Assembly (NCBI GenBank): GCA_973895155.1
Contig: OZ316893.1
Span: 4,764,977-4,828,976 of the forward strand
DNA from: Marsupella aquatica
Lineage: Eukaryota > Plantae > Marchantiophyta
Reading direction: 5' to 3'
DNA: 64,000 bases
Of this stretch, positions 27,278 to 40,800 are shown one piece after another. The stretch's first letter is position 1. The number at the start of each line of letters is the position of its first letter. Below the pieces are notes generated by a model. That model was not told the DNA's origin, searched no databases, and saw nothing but the letters and a program-made list of their open reading frames with translations. The translations under genes and the position numbers were made by a program.

Positions 27278-29814
27278 GCACATTTCCATCGTCAACTCCG
27301 ATTGATCCAGCAGCACCTACGCTGCAGTCTTATCGGTCGGAAAGCCAGCTGGCGCCTAGGATGACATTGTGCCTGATGGAGCTGTGAAATTGCTTGCTGA
27401 AAAGTTCCAACCGTCACTAGGATAGCTGAGACAGTAGATTCTCCAGTCCATCGTGGAACTGTGAGACCGATGTCTTCGAAAGGGTCTCGTACTGTATGAA
27501 GAACGGCCAGAAACATCACGGGGCAGGGACGCTTTTCATTTCCAGAACGACGTGAAAGTTTTGTTCCCCAAATTCATCATTGGTTATTGCACAATTTTGT
27601 AGGTGTACATTATGCTACTCCAAGGCAACTGGCAATGAGCGCCTGCCCAGTACACCGATCCGAGAAAAGAGTCATGTCAGTTGTGGCACTTCAACAATGT
27701 CAAAAGTTAACGGTAATGTTTAGAATTCATTCGGCTTCTATAAGTAAAAAGTTCAATTTTTATATTTGTCAGTGCCAATCAAGACCCCACTTCTTCGATC
27801 AGTTTTGAAATCTTCTTAGGTTCTTCGTGTGTACTACCGTTTGAAACGTTACACGTTCCTTCCTTTATGTTCTGTGTTACTGTTTTGAAGGTCACTTCTG
27901 AAAACGCTACAGGCTCCTTCTGTTTTGTTGTGTGTTCCTGTTTCATTGATAGACCAGGAGGCCCCTTTGTGATTTTCGATGGCAAGTTTCTGAATAATGA
28001 GGGTGCTCCATTCTCAGAATACGTAACATCCCATTTGCTTTGTATGACTGTGACGATGATCTCGTGATCGCCCCGGGTAGATACGGGACCAATATGTAAA
28101 GGATGATACACACCGAAGCGAAGGTTCACCAACTGTTAAAGAACTTCAGACCGCAGATCTTTGGAACGCAATCCACAGAAAACCAATTCAGTTTTTTCAA
28201 CCGTAACTTTTCCTATAAGAATCATTACTAAAACGCAACGATTCCCTGAAACCTCTGAAGTCATGAGTTTGATCTCCCATTGCGCTTGAAGCAACATAGA
28301 CCAATTGACATGAGCTTGTTAATTCTCTCTTGCATGGACCATAAGAGTGCCAAGTGTAATGTCAAATAGATACAAAGTCAATCATAAGAAGAAGCATCCC
28401 TAGAATCAGTGTCTGCCTCTTGAATCATACAAGTAGGTAGCTGGACAAAGTGTTTGTCTACAAAATTGAAATCATGGATTTTCTCTGACTTCTCTGACCC
28501 TAAACCCTCCTGGTTGTAGATTTTCTCTGACTTGTAGATACAATCTACGTGATTCGTAGGTCTGGGGCCAATGTCAAAATATTAATTGTTATGTAGTGAC
28601 CCTGATGTTTCATTCCAATCTGACATCTCCAGAAAAAAGATTCTTCGTGGTCGTGAATCCATATAAACCAACAAATATATGCCTGGATTCTGTGTTTGAC
28701 AAGTAGATCTTCTATGTACCATGATTAGTACACATCAACGATCGGGCTATTTGGGATGGTTACTCAAGTAAAGTAAAAATTTCATGTCATAAATCAGTTG
28801 CCTCAAGCATCAGATTCAAGACTGTGCTTACTAGGCCAAGATTTCTGACATGTAATTACCTATCAAGCAATGTCGGAACTACTAAGATGGTTTGTTATAA
28901 TTAAAGCTAAGAAACCTCTATAGAGACATACCAAAAACATAAGCAGGGAGGGGCATCTTATTTCCCAAATGATAGCCTGGCACCCATCTCACTACACATT
29001 TAGTGCAGTAATCTGTAACACTACATAAACAGGGGATTTCACTAGGACTGTACGTCTCCTTCAGGGAAGGAGAATGTTTTTGTTCTGTTCTGAAGCCATA
29101 ATAACGCAATTAAGCACGACTCGCGGAATTCTGTTGACGTCGGTTCTCGCCTTTCTTGCTTCGCCCATCCTTTTCTATATTATGTCCTTTAAGATATAAA
29201 GTATTTGGCCAGTGAATTTCAAGCTCGAGCTTCTCGGCAACCGCAGTGGCTGGTGTAGTCATGAAAGCCGCTTTGAAGTTCACTTTCTTAGGATGACCCA
29301 AAGGCGATGCATTCATCGACGGTGAGAGGTGCATTCAGCCAGAAGCGGCAGACAAACCAGAGACACCACTAAAAGAAATATAACAAACCTGAATGAAAGC
29401 TAGCAAACCTGTGTTTGGAACCTATCCCACCTTGCAATAGTCCAGATCACGGTTCTCAAATATGCTCCTGCTAGACTGTCCTTGCGATCAATAACTAGCA
29501 ATTCCGTTGATAGAAAGAGTGACCATAGCCACCTCTGGTCGATTGACAAGGCACCGACCAGTACATCTTGTGATTCACTAACGCAATGCCAGCATAATCA
29601 AACGTTTTTTCGCACCAAGGGGATATGAATAGATCACTAGTTCCAGCCAGAGATTTTCGTGAAGAAAAACTCGGTATCTGCTGAATCTAGCCAAAATGAC
29701 CGTGGTTACAACTTCCCAGTCAAAATCATGGTTAAAACGCTAGTCTGTGTTCCGTGGAAAGTGGACAGGTCGTAGCAGTACATTATCAGACGTAGCTCGT
29801 TGAGGACTAAGGTA

Positions 29815-32464
29815 TCACAACTCCCCATCACTACCGCCTCCTTCTGTGGGGGGAATGTTTTCAGAATTCGTGCTCACTCTGCTGAAATTGCAACCAAAAG
29901 CCTGTGTCAGGAGATAGTAAAGCATGACCTGCCCTTAGTCTGTTCAATAATCAAAATTTGACTCATCATACCAGAAGTTCAGTAATCATTGCAAGGGAAA
30001 ATTCAAGAGAAGATAAACGGTCGGCGTGTTTACACATTCTGACTTTTCTAATAATCAGTTAGGATGGGCAAGACGGAATCTAACGGTAGGATCAGGGCTC
30101 AACACTTCCATACGCATCCAATCTGAGCATTTACAATTATCCAAATCTGGTTTTGCTTTGGTCAAGTCATTCGCAGCACCTGGGCGGCTTGCAATGTCGA
30201 CTTAGTTCCACACAAAGGACTGCCTCCACTTCTCCTGACTTCACACCCCCTTTCTGAATCTTGCTTGTGAGCTGGAACACAGTCATAATCAAAAATCAAG
30301 ATTTGAGGGTACTCAAATGCAATGCATCGCATCAAAGCATTCATTTTCAAACCACAACAGGGTAGGATTCATGCGTAGATTATAGGTGCATGGAAAGGAC
30401 CTCATCGTCGGTTGTGTCCATTAGCCTGCAATAGTGCAGAAGACTTTGTCAGAGCAGTTTTCTAACGGGAGTGATGTGAAAGTAGCCTGATATGATAGCC
30501 ACCGTGGGACCCGGCAATCACACCCTGATTCCAGCAGGGCAATAAAATTCATCAGAACTGTAGAGAAAAAATGCAGCGTTACGTTACCTTCCACAGTAAG
30601 ACACGAGTTCCTTAGAATATGTGTCAGTTTCTTGCCGCTCTGCATACAGCAATTGAATCAGGACAACCCGCAGAATAAGAATAAATCAGCAAAGCACCTG
30701 TAGAGGTATCACTAAACAATTCTAACAGTATCACATAATCGATTCGCATGACGCCTAAAAAGAAGAACTTTACCTGGAGCAGAAAGATTAACAGTATTCA
30801 CTTTAATCCACTCTTCTCTGCCTGTGTCCCCCTGTAGATCCACGCAAATCCCCAGAGCTTGTTACTCTCAAATATTGAAGAGTTCTTCCATTCTTCATTG
30901 GACTTCGGCGGACATTCTTCATCCATGATTGAGAAGAAAACGAGTGACAACGGTGCTGCAAAGTTATTGTGATTTCAGCACTGAAAAGGAGTCTTCAGTA
31001 TAGCTATGAGACACTGACATATTGCGAAGTAAGCCAGCAACTAAAGAAAACTGACCGGACTCTGGACACGCTACTCTGCAAAACATCTGCATTCTTAATC
31101 ACTATGCCAACAACACTCTGAAAGGATTTAATCTTAGAAACAACTCTATCCCACGGCACTGTCGTGAACATTGCAGGAGCCCTGTGTAGATGATATGGGA
31201 AAAAGTGTAACCTTTTTGAGTGTGTAAGATTTGAATTTAGAACAGAGCCCCTCCAGCAACTCCACGACTCTCAGCTCGCTGACTCTGGATTTACATTGCT
31301 CCAGATCAAAAACACAACACAAAAGTTTTCGGGGAACGGACTTTGAATCAAACAATGCTTTTTTAAAATACTCAAATATTTTCATTGAGAGTAGAGGAAC
31401 ACACAAGAATCAATGAGCTCTTTAGACGATTAACCAGATCTACTAACGAGCAAAAAGCAAGATTTTCGGCATTCAGAAGAACTTGACATGAAACCACTTG
31501 AGATTAAAACAGATTGATAAGACACTTGACACGGGATTCCAGACCTAATCGCACTCGCCAACGAAGCGCTTCTTCTGTATAGTCACAGATTTGACAAAAA
31601 GAAACGAAGGGGTCGTTAAAGGATGTAAGACAAATTACTTGTAATTGATAACTTTCCCCTCACGCTGACCCTTTGAATCAAGACGATGCCTCAAGTCCAA
31701 ATGATTCCTCGGCCTCTCCTGCGCGTCACAATTAGGCAACACAGTTTAAAGATTGATTCAGAATGCCCCACAAACAAATCAGATAACCTTTTGAACAACT
31801 ACAGAAGAGGGCAGGAGAGATATGACATACATTGGCAAGACCCAACTCAATTTGCCCCTGCAACAACGTCGAAAACAGGTCAGTCCCGTGAGAACCTTAT
31901 CGGTCCACTGTTATTCAGAGTTTAGGGTCTCCTTAGTGAGGGACATGTTATGCCCAGAATTCTGGTGAGAAGAAATATTTGCCATTTCCACAAAAATACC
32001 AAGAAGAGAAAAAACCATCACGGCTAACGATCTGGTCAATTTTAAGGAAGAAGTGTTAGTCGCACGTTTTGCAGCCTTGATCTTTTTACCAAAAATTTTA
32101 CCGAGCTCACCAGGAGAACGATATACGTTGATTTTTACCGATTCCATGTATGATCAACATGCAAGTAATGATAAACGTGGAATACTCCCCTTGCCATCAT
32201 TCTAGTCTTCTTTCTTGTAGCAACTACCTTGCAGTGTCTTAGTGTGTGTCCCTTGATTCTATTTGATGGGGTGGAGCCGCATTTCGACTAGGGCTAAGGG
32301 AGAAACTAAAAGAGAAGGTGTGGAGGTAGTAGGTAGGCACGCACCGCGACAGTCTGACAGGCCAAGCATTTATCGTCGACACTCACGACTGGATCCGCCA
32401 GCTCTCCCAGGAACACCACCCAGAGAAGAAACGCACCCAACGAAAGTGCCCACAATCGATCCAT
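29815..32464 (-). CDS. Canopy/Seele-like saposin-B ER protein (DUF3456), 9 coding exons
   Basis: Phase-consistent GT-AG exons: 32464-32345, 31857-31831, 31718-31639, 31284-31212, 30831-30774, 30639-30588, 30425-30401, 30271-30180, 29881-29815. They encode a signal peptide, DDKCLACQTVA, ERPRNHLDLRHRLDSKGQREGKVINYKVSELRVVELLEGLC, six saposin Cys and a C-terminal DGEL. Confidence 0.93.
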
Positions 32465-33069
32465 CCGTTTCGTCCAAAATTACGCACACCAAAGTTACGC
32501 TGTCGGTGTGCTCAGATCCTCGGTGTAAGTTAGGGTTTTACCTGGGCATCCACCTCCGTGCTGAGGGCACAAAAAAAAGCTATCCCTGCCGAAAATCTTG
32601 AATTCTCTGGGCGGTCAGTCCGACTTTCTCTACAACCTCCACCGTGAAGTCTTCTGGATTCTCAACTGTGCCAATTTGGGTGCCCTCCTCTGAAATACGA
32701 ATGTATGACAGCAAACTGGGAGGATGTACGAAGGAATAAATGGACCAAGGCTTATTGGACCCAAATCCAAATCTGGTTTTCCTGGTTTTTCCTTTGTTTC
32801 ACACCCTTCATTGGGTTTCTCCCCTATTGGGTTTCTTTGGGAGCCAGTCTCCCTGTAAGAAGCCGTTTGTTCTTTGATATTTAAATCTGATTATTTGACT
32901 ACCCCCCCCCCCCCCCCCCCTTCTTGGGTTCTAGCTTATGGGATCTTGATGGCTACTTTTGTTCTGTGGCAATGTTCTATATCTATAAGTGTGATTGTTT
33001 TCCTTACAGGGTTAAAGCCAGCCTTTTGTTCTTTTGGCAGTGTTCTATACGGCCTCACTGCCCATTCTT

Positions 33070-33253
33070 TTAATATTTGTGAATGATGATCAAATGCATG
33101 TCATCATTTTAGCACATAACTTTTGGTGGGGCCCTAGATTCATGGTCTAGAGGCTTCTTAATATTTGTGAAATGATGACAAAAATCATCATGCATGTCAT
33201 TATTTTAGCACATAACTTTTGGTGGAGCCCTAGATTTATGGTCTGGAGGCTTC
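33070..33253 (+). repeat. Imperfect tandem duplication of about 90 bp
   Basis: taatatttgtgaa...ttttagcacataacttttggtgg...tagatt(c/t)atggtct(a/g)gaggcttc occurs twice. Confidence 0.8.
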
Positions 33254-34501
33254 GCTCTAGAAGCCTAGACTCCAAATCTAGCTTCCCTTATGGGTTTATA
33301 AGTGAGATATACATAAAGGTGATTATTTGCCTTACACTAGTAAACCACGGCCACCACTATTAAAGGGCCCTCCCTCCACTGCCTGATAACTGTTCTTAGC
33401 TGCCATGGAAGGGACTCTTTGCAATTCTAAACCCTAGACCCTTACCCCTTTACAATTCGCCATGAAATTCTCTTCTAATAGGCAGGGCCAGTTCGGTTCA
33501 ATGCTATAGTTGAAATTGCTAATACAATGCTTTAAACTGCAGTGAACCCCATTTTAGTTTTTGCAGCAGTCAATTACCGCAGTTGATCGAACATTATGGC
33601 GGGCTCTCACCTCTCACTATTGTCTCTTCTCTCCACGCTCAATTAATGCTTGCTTGCTTTGTCTATCACCTATCACATCTTCCTCTCTTTGCAGAGCTCG
33701 AACTTATTGTGTTCTTTTGTCAAGCTACCTGAGCAGAGCTCAAACCAAAACCCCATCTTTAAACTCTACGTGATACCTGATCGACCTGAGCACACACTCG
33801 ACCAGGTGCTACTGACATTTGCCCCCTGCTTACGTAGATATGGTTTGAGCCCACGCTTGCAGTTCTCAATTTCCCTTCTGATGTGCTGGGTTGAGTAGAA
33901 TTTTCGCTTTCCACCGAATTAATTTGTGGTGCATTTTTTCGCACTCATAGTACCACGGTGTATTTCTTATGAGACTGTTTTACACTTCCACTTTCTGTGC
34001 ACCCTTCTAGGGTTTTTACACTTCAACTTTTTCACTGATTTGCACACAAGTCAAGTGCATTGGTCCACATTAAGCTTTTGCCCTTAGTGGCAATTATCCA
34101 CTTTTATACCAAGGGCATGGGCAAAAAGTTCGCCTGTAGCGTAGTTTGGTTGGATAATTTTTATTTCATAATGAGAGAAGGAAGTGGTGTCTTTCATCAC
34201 AAGCTAAGCCCTGTCGTGTCCAGCTCTGTCCCTGCCCTGTCGTGCTCCAGCCAGACTGCCCTATCGTATGTGACTCGGTTGGCACGGGACTTTTAAGGTA
34301 CCTCAACGAAATGTCATTTATCCGGACTGCAGAGACAGAAAACTACTGTTCAAGCCGAACTTGCGTTACCACATCACTACAGTAGTCCCAAGAGAAAGAG
34401 AGAGTAGAAGCGTGCCATTGCCGATCAAATACATCCATTAATAACAGGAGCTAAGGAGAGATGTGAGACCTGCTCACATGCCTACTCATCCCAAACGCAA
34501 T

Positions 34502-37500
34502 CTAACAGTAGGGAATGTAAACGATCTCCTCAGTCAACTGTATCCCGAACTTGCAATAGACTTGGTCCTTCACCGCGCGAATCAATGCAAGCATATCCGC
34601 GGCCCTTGCTCCTCCTGTATTCAGAAGAAAATTGGCATGCACGTTGGAAACTTTTGCTTGTCCTACCGAGAAGCCCTTCAGACCTGCCTGCTCGATCAAA
34701 GCCCCTGCAGATTGAAAACCAAGACCAGGATTTCGGAACACACAACCTGCACTTCGCTCTGTCAAAGGTTGAGTTTGCTTCCTCCTGCATGGTCCAACAT
34801 GGTTACAAGATTAAGGTACAGGTCAAAACCATACGATCAAATGAGATCAAAATGAGATCAAAATGAGAAAAAAACATAGAGTTCTACCTTTCTAGAAATG
34901 CCCTGTGTCGCTGTCTGGAATCTGGGCAAGGAGACAGCTCAAATGTAGCAGCTACAATAGCAAAAAATCCCGTCATTGTTTGAAAAGGTGATCTGCGGTA
35001 GCCGTATGCCGGACTGCTCCTCTCTTTGACGTGGAGACTCTTGTCTCCATTAGCACTCAAAATTTCAACCGACTTGAGGACTTCAGAAGTTTCCTACATC
35101 AACCACTAAACATAGTGATGATGATGATTCAGAAACACTCATTACAACCCGAAAGTCTTACCGAAATACATCTTTAAGAGGTACCAGCAAACGCATGTCA
35201 GAGAGCAGGCAATTCTCACCTTAAGGCAAATGATTTCTTAAATGACTTGGACTCAAATAGGACGGCGTAAACCTCAGATACTGTGGAAAGTGAATGCACA
35301 GCTTAGAGATCTCTTGCATGGCTCACATTTTAATATGGTTGGGGTAGAGATGACTAAATCGTGTAAAAATGCAACACAACGACCAAAAAAAGGGTTGTAA
35401 AGATACTAGCTAGGCCGGGTTCCGTGACTCAAACATGGGCGTTTGAAATAAATCACGGGTAAACGTGGTCGCTATATCTTATCCCGACCAGATAACATTC
35501 CACAATGAGCGAAAATGTGAAGAATGATAATGATAATGAACGGAAAGTGAACGGAAATTCGTGGTAATTATTCATTAACAACCACATTATCATTATCATG
35601 AGGAAACTTCCTGATAAAAGTGCAGGAAAACAAGCAAACTCTACACGACAGATTTATGGAGGTTCAGGCAGATTTTATCGTGTCTGAACCTCCGTGCCAA
35701 GGATAATGACTGCTACATTCGTGGGGAAACAGAGAATGCTCACAGAGTTCATTATTACCAAGTGTAAGATTTGGCTACTCAATCAAACCAATCACGGAAG
35801 CACAGTAGATGGTCCTGGTATGCTGTCTGATGATACTAATTCGTAAAGATCGTTAGAAGAGATTTATATGTCAAGGGCTAAAAATGATTGATTCCTTTCG
35901 ACAATAGTACGCAGGGAAAACTACATTATCTCTTTTCAAGGACGGGAGGACCATAGGCAAATGCCAGGTCGTCTCTCCTGGAAGCTTAAAAATAAAAAGT
36001 AGCCAGATAAAGGAGTGAGGGTATGGGAGCCACAAGTATGTTGACAACCGCGGCACGTGAGTGGGAGGAGTTCAAGGACCAAGATTCAAGTAGGGGTTGC
36101 AAGTGTAGTAACCAGACGACCCAAATCTGGACTGAGTGCATCAGAAGTTGGTCGGTTCAGGGCAAAGTCATTTCAACGATGAGAAAACCACAGCTGAGAG
36201 TGTAAAAGCGAGTCGACTATGTAATGCATGGCTTTCAAACTACCATGAAGAATGTCTGCTGAAGGTACATCTAAAAACAATATGAAAAATGCCCGAGTAC
36301 TTTCGACGAACATCATATGAACGACACGGGGTGGAAGAAGTCTAACAAAACGCAAGAATTTTACGAACAAGTTCTTAAGGAGTACAGCTTACCAAGTGAA
36401 ACTTCTAGTCAAATTTGTGAACATCAATCCTGGTGAGAAATTGAAAGGATTTCTCTAAGACAAGAAACAGCACTGGTACTCGATGACTGGCCTCGAAGTC
36501 ATTGGCAACTACGGTACGATCTGCTATGAATTCAATTCAAGATCTGGGGATGATTTGGGAAGACTCACCTGCCCATTGGCCGATGCATTCATGAAGATAG
36601 CACCACCCACTGTGCCCGGAATACCACATGCAAATTCTAGTCCGCTAAAGCCATCCTTCGAACACTGAACGCCCAACCGATTAAATGCATGACCACCTCC
36701 CACTCGGTAAACCCCGTTTTCATGTCTCTCCAGAAAGTTCACAGAATTGAGGATGACACAGCCGTCAAAGCCTCTATCGTCAAAGAGGCAATTGGACCCC
36801 TTGCCAATGATAAAGTAACGAAGACTGTGGTTTTTACAGTATCTATAGAAGCAACAAACGCCATAAATGAGAATACAAGAAGATTACAAAAAACAGAATT
36901 GGACTTGCATGCTTTAGATAGATGGTGAAGAGGTGAAGATAACCAGCCGTTTAAATACACCGGCATTGTTTCTGCTCTGGTTTATCTTGATCGGGCAAAC
37001 CAAGAGTTGTAGTGTAGATAACGAAGAAGAAGTACATGCTCGGGTTCGAAGATACAAAAAATCATGGTAGCAAAAGACTGGGACCAAATATATGAGCACA
37101 TCGTTAAGGAGTGGGAACACCAAAAGTACGACGGGCTCAAAATGCAAACCTAAGAGTGGAGACCAATTGAGATTCATCATGCACCTCAACGAAGAGCTTG
37201 GCAGGACCTCCAATTCCCCATGTCGTCAGCTCACTCAAACGCTTCTCTCTCACAAACGAACTCGGCAGTCCCAAGGAATGCCGCTGGTCAACGCCAACAT
37301 TTAGTTCCAGTCCGGCTTTCCAAAGAGACGAAGTCGTCCCCCACGAAAGCGACATGACCAAATCACCAACAGAACTCCAGAGAGCTACGCCACATTGCCA
37401 AGTTCATAAGAAGAGCCTCATTCCGTCCGTCTGGACATTTACAACCGCCGTTACCGTCCTCAGTGTAGATGGAGCATCACCATCATCGAGATCATATCCT

Positions 37501-37760
37501 CCATGGCCAACCGAGCTCTCTGCACCATTCGCCTCGAGATTTCTCTCTTTGCAAAACACATTGTGTCTCCACGCTTGCTTTGTCTTTCGATTGGACACCC
37601 AACATTTTCCCACATCCGCGTTCTCGTGAGGATTCCGCTGTTTCCGATGACAGAGGCCCCCTACATTTGCATGTAGGCTTCCACAATAAATAATCCGTCC
37701 ACCTGGACTGTGAGCGTGCCTTGTGGCTCCTCCTTGGCGCAGTTGGCGCTTTACTAAACA
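34502..37760 (-). CDS. murB: UDP-N-acetylenolpyruvoylglucosamine reductase (plastid peptidoglycan pathway); 5' end uncertain
   Basis: Phase-consistent exons 37283-37150, 36842-36569, 35093-34888 and 34784-34502. Motifs LSELTTWGIGGPA, IIGKGSNCLFDDRG, GLEFACGIPGTVGGAIFMNA, YGYRRSPF, TQPLTERSAGCVFRNP, HANFLLN and LTEEI. Confidence 0.93.
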
Positions 37761-37842
37761 AATGAAACTCAGCACGTTTAGTCTACGTAATGCCAAATGT
37801 TGTATAGTGTTTTTCTTAGTAAAACACAAATTTAGTACAAAA

Positions 37843-40800
37843 CTAGCTCAATATCCGTGCGTTGCATAAAAGATGTAGTGTCGGCCAAGATGTTGTGTCG
37901 GCCAAGATGTTGTTGAAGAACAAAATGTCGTGTCGGCCAAGACGTCATTGAGAAAAAAGATGTCGTGTCGGCCAAGAAGTCATTGCGACAAAGGATGTTG
38001 TGTCGGCCAAGAAGTTGTTGAGAAAAATGATGTAGTCTCGCCCACAATGTTGTGTCACCCAAGATGTCATAGAGAAAAAGATGTCAAGTCGCCTAAGATA
38101 TTGTGTTAAGAGAAAAGAAGTTGTGGTGCCTAAGATGTCATTAATAAAAAAGATGTTGTGGTGCCCGAGATGTCTTTAAGAGGAAAGACGTTGCGTCGCC
38201 CAAGATGTCATTATGATAGAGAAAAAGATGTCATGTCACCTAAGATGTTGTGTTAAGAGAAAAGAAGTTGTGTCGTCCAAGATGTTGTTAATAAAAAAAG
38301 ATATTGTGGCGCCTAAGATGTCATGTCACCCAAGATGTCATAGAGATAAAAGATGTCATGGCTCCCAAGATGTCATTAAGATAAAAGATGTTGTGTTGCC
38401 CAAGATGTTGTTACATGAAATATGTTGTGAAGAAAAAAGATGTTGTGTTGCCCAATATGTCATCAAGTAAGAAGTCATTGTCAAGGAAATAGATGTTGTA
38501 CTGTCAATGATGTCGTTATGCTACCCCTTGCATCTTGAAACCCCATTGGTAAGCCCAACTTTCTGGATACTATAGGCTTTTGAACTTAAAATTGCTCCGA
38601 CCACCTCCTTGGCTTTGTCCGCCAAATGCCAAGGCCCTTTGGGTTAATGGCACTGCTTGCCTAACTTGTCAATGACTCTTTTTCCTACCCCTTGCATCCT
38701 GGAATCCCATTGGTAACCCCAATTTTGGTTACTCTAAGTAAGCTTAGTTTGGTTAAAGTTGCCCCCAATCACTTACTTAGCTTTGGCCGCCCCAATGTCG
38801 AGACCCTTTGGGGCAATTGCAAAGCTTGGCTGACTTTTCAACAGCCCTTTTTGGTCACAACTTACATCCTCAAACCCCAATTTTTGTTACTTTAAGCTTA
38901 GTTTAATTGCTTAAAGTCGCCTCGGGTTGCTTACTTGGCTTTTGGCTGCCCCAATGCCGCAACCCCTTGGGGCAACAGCACAGCTCAACCCACTTTTCAA
39001 CAAAACTTTTCCTACCCTTTGCATGGAACCCCTTTGGTAACCTCATCCAAATTTACTTGGCTCCTTACTCTTGAATACCATGCACCCTTGGGGTGGTGGT
39101 GTGGTTTGTAAAACTGTCCATTCAATATAATTGGATATTTGAGAAGAGGTGGTCCCTTCATATATACTTTTGGGGACGTTGCGCCCCTCGACCACATTTG
39201 GTCCCAATGTTTTGGACCCCAACCCATGTGTATTTGAGTTCTAAATAGGGTGGCAAGTGATCATGGCAACCAAGGGCTTGTCGGGGAGTTGGAACCCGGG
39301 GCATGAATTTGACTTAGGGTTGGGGATGGGACCCTGGAGTCTTGAGTTTCATTCCACCCGGGATGTTGGGTCCAGGCAAGGGCCAGGGTTGTCCCCAGAC
39401 TTGTCATTGTCACCGCTCCCTTGTTGCTCTCCCCTGTCATCACTCCCTTCTTGTCACTCATCGTTGCTCCCTCTTCGCTTGCTTCTCCATCATTGCTCCC
39501 TCCGTCGTCGCTCCCTTTGTCACTCCCTCCATCAAGGCTCCCTCCGTCTCTCCCACCCCCAGGCTGGTCCCAGTCGTTGCCTCGTTGCTCCCTTGTTGCC
39601 CCCTTATCGCCGCAGGGAGTCGGGAGTTGACTTGTGAGTCAGGGAGTTGAGGCAGGGCTTTGAGGCTAGGCAGGCCTCAAGGCAGGGAGTTGAGTTTGAG
39701 GCCCGGTTTGAGGCAGGCCTCAAGGCAGGGAGTTGCATTGGGTGTCAAGGCAAGGGGGTGGCAGAGAGTCAAGGCAGGGAGTCGCGAGTCGGGAGTCGAG
39801 GCAGGGAGTCGGGCGTCAAGGAGGCAAGTTGGTCCAGGCGGGGGCGGGCAAGTAGGGCGCAAGCGTCGGTCGATGGGGGCTGACAGCCGCGTCTTGGCGA
39901 GTTGGGATGTCGGAGTAGGGGTGCCCAAGGGAGGCATGCAAAGGGCCAGGCACCAAATTAAAGAAGGGGAGTCATCGGGACGTGGGAGGTTTAGTATTTA
40001 ACGGCTCCAAGCCAGGCCGAGGAGGGAGAAAGCGACCGCAACTTTGGGAGAATGGGAGCACAAGGGAGAGAGTGCCGTGCAGCCCTGCAACTGATTTTTT
40101 TGTCTAATTATTGCTTCCGGTGCTGGTTTTTGTCACCCAATAAACCCCAGTAATTTCAAACAACGACCACTGCAAAAATGCGCTCAACTGTTTATTATAG
40201 AAGTTAATATTTTTTGGCAAAAGTGGCAGGAAAAGTGGTGAGCACATTTTGGGGAGGTGTAATTTGGCAAAAGTTTGCACCTAAAAAATAAGTTGTTTAG
40301 ATCCAGGCGAGGGCAAGGGTCTCAGGAGTCATTGTAGCTTCCTTGTCACTCTCCCTCATCCTCTCATTGCTCTCCCTCTAGTGGCCATTCTTCAGTTGTT
40401 GTTGCTTAAAAGCCCTCATTAAATGCTGGAGCCCCTTATGAGCTCACATAGGCTTGGAATAGAGAGTCCAAACTCCAAAATGAAAGAAGTTATGCTCCTC
40501 CCTCTTACTTAAAAGTTGTACTCTATTGGTACAACTCTACCTCCTTATAGGACCTCTATTCTTTGTACCTTGTACCTGGGGTTGGGGCTCCCAAGGGTAA
40601 TGAGTTCATAAGTTTGTACCTGCAGGTACAACAGTACCTACCTTGTGAGTACCTGCCTTGTGCACCGGATACCGGGCCACCAGATACCGGGCCTGTACCT
40701 GGTTTTTTCATTTCCCTCTCCCCTTTTTTTTCTTCTTTTTATTGGTTCCATATTTACAGGTTTGAATTTTTCTCACGCAAAAAGACACTACAAATTTGAA

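Noticed and set aside
28498-28508. Telomerase RNA template (CCCTAAACCCT)
   Set aside because: I found no USE plus TATA Pol III promoter at the expected spacing, and similar telobox-like strings occur elsewhere in the window (about 33427, 52694, 56493).
30965-31005. Minus-strand CTGAAGA...GAAA hammerhead core
   Set aside because: The stems do not pair.
39257-40001. Overlapping GC-rich ORFs
   Set aside because: Low-complexity TE interior with no recognisable domain.
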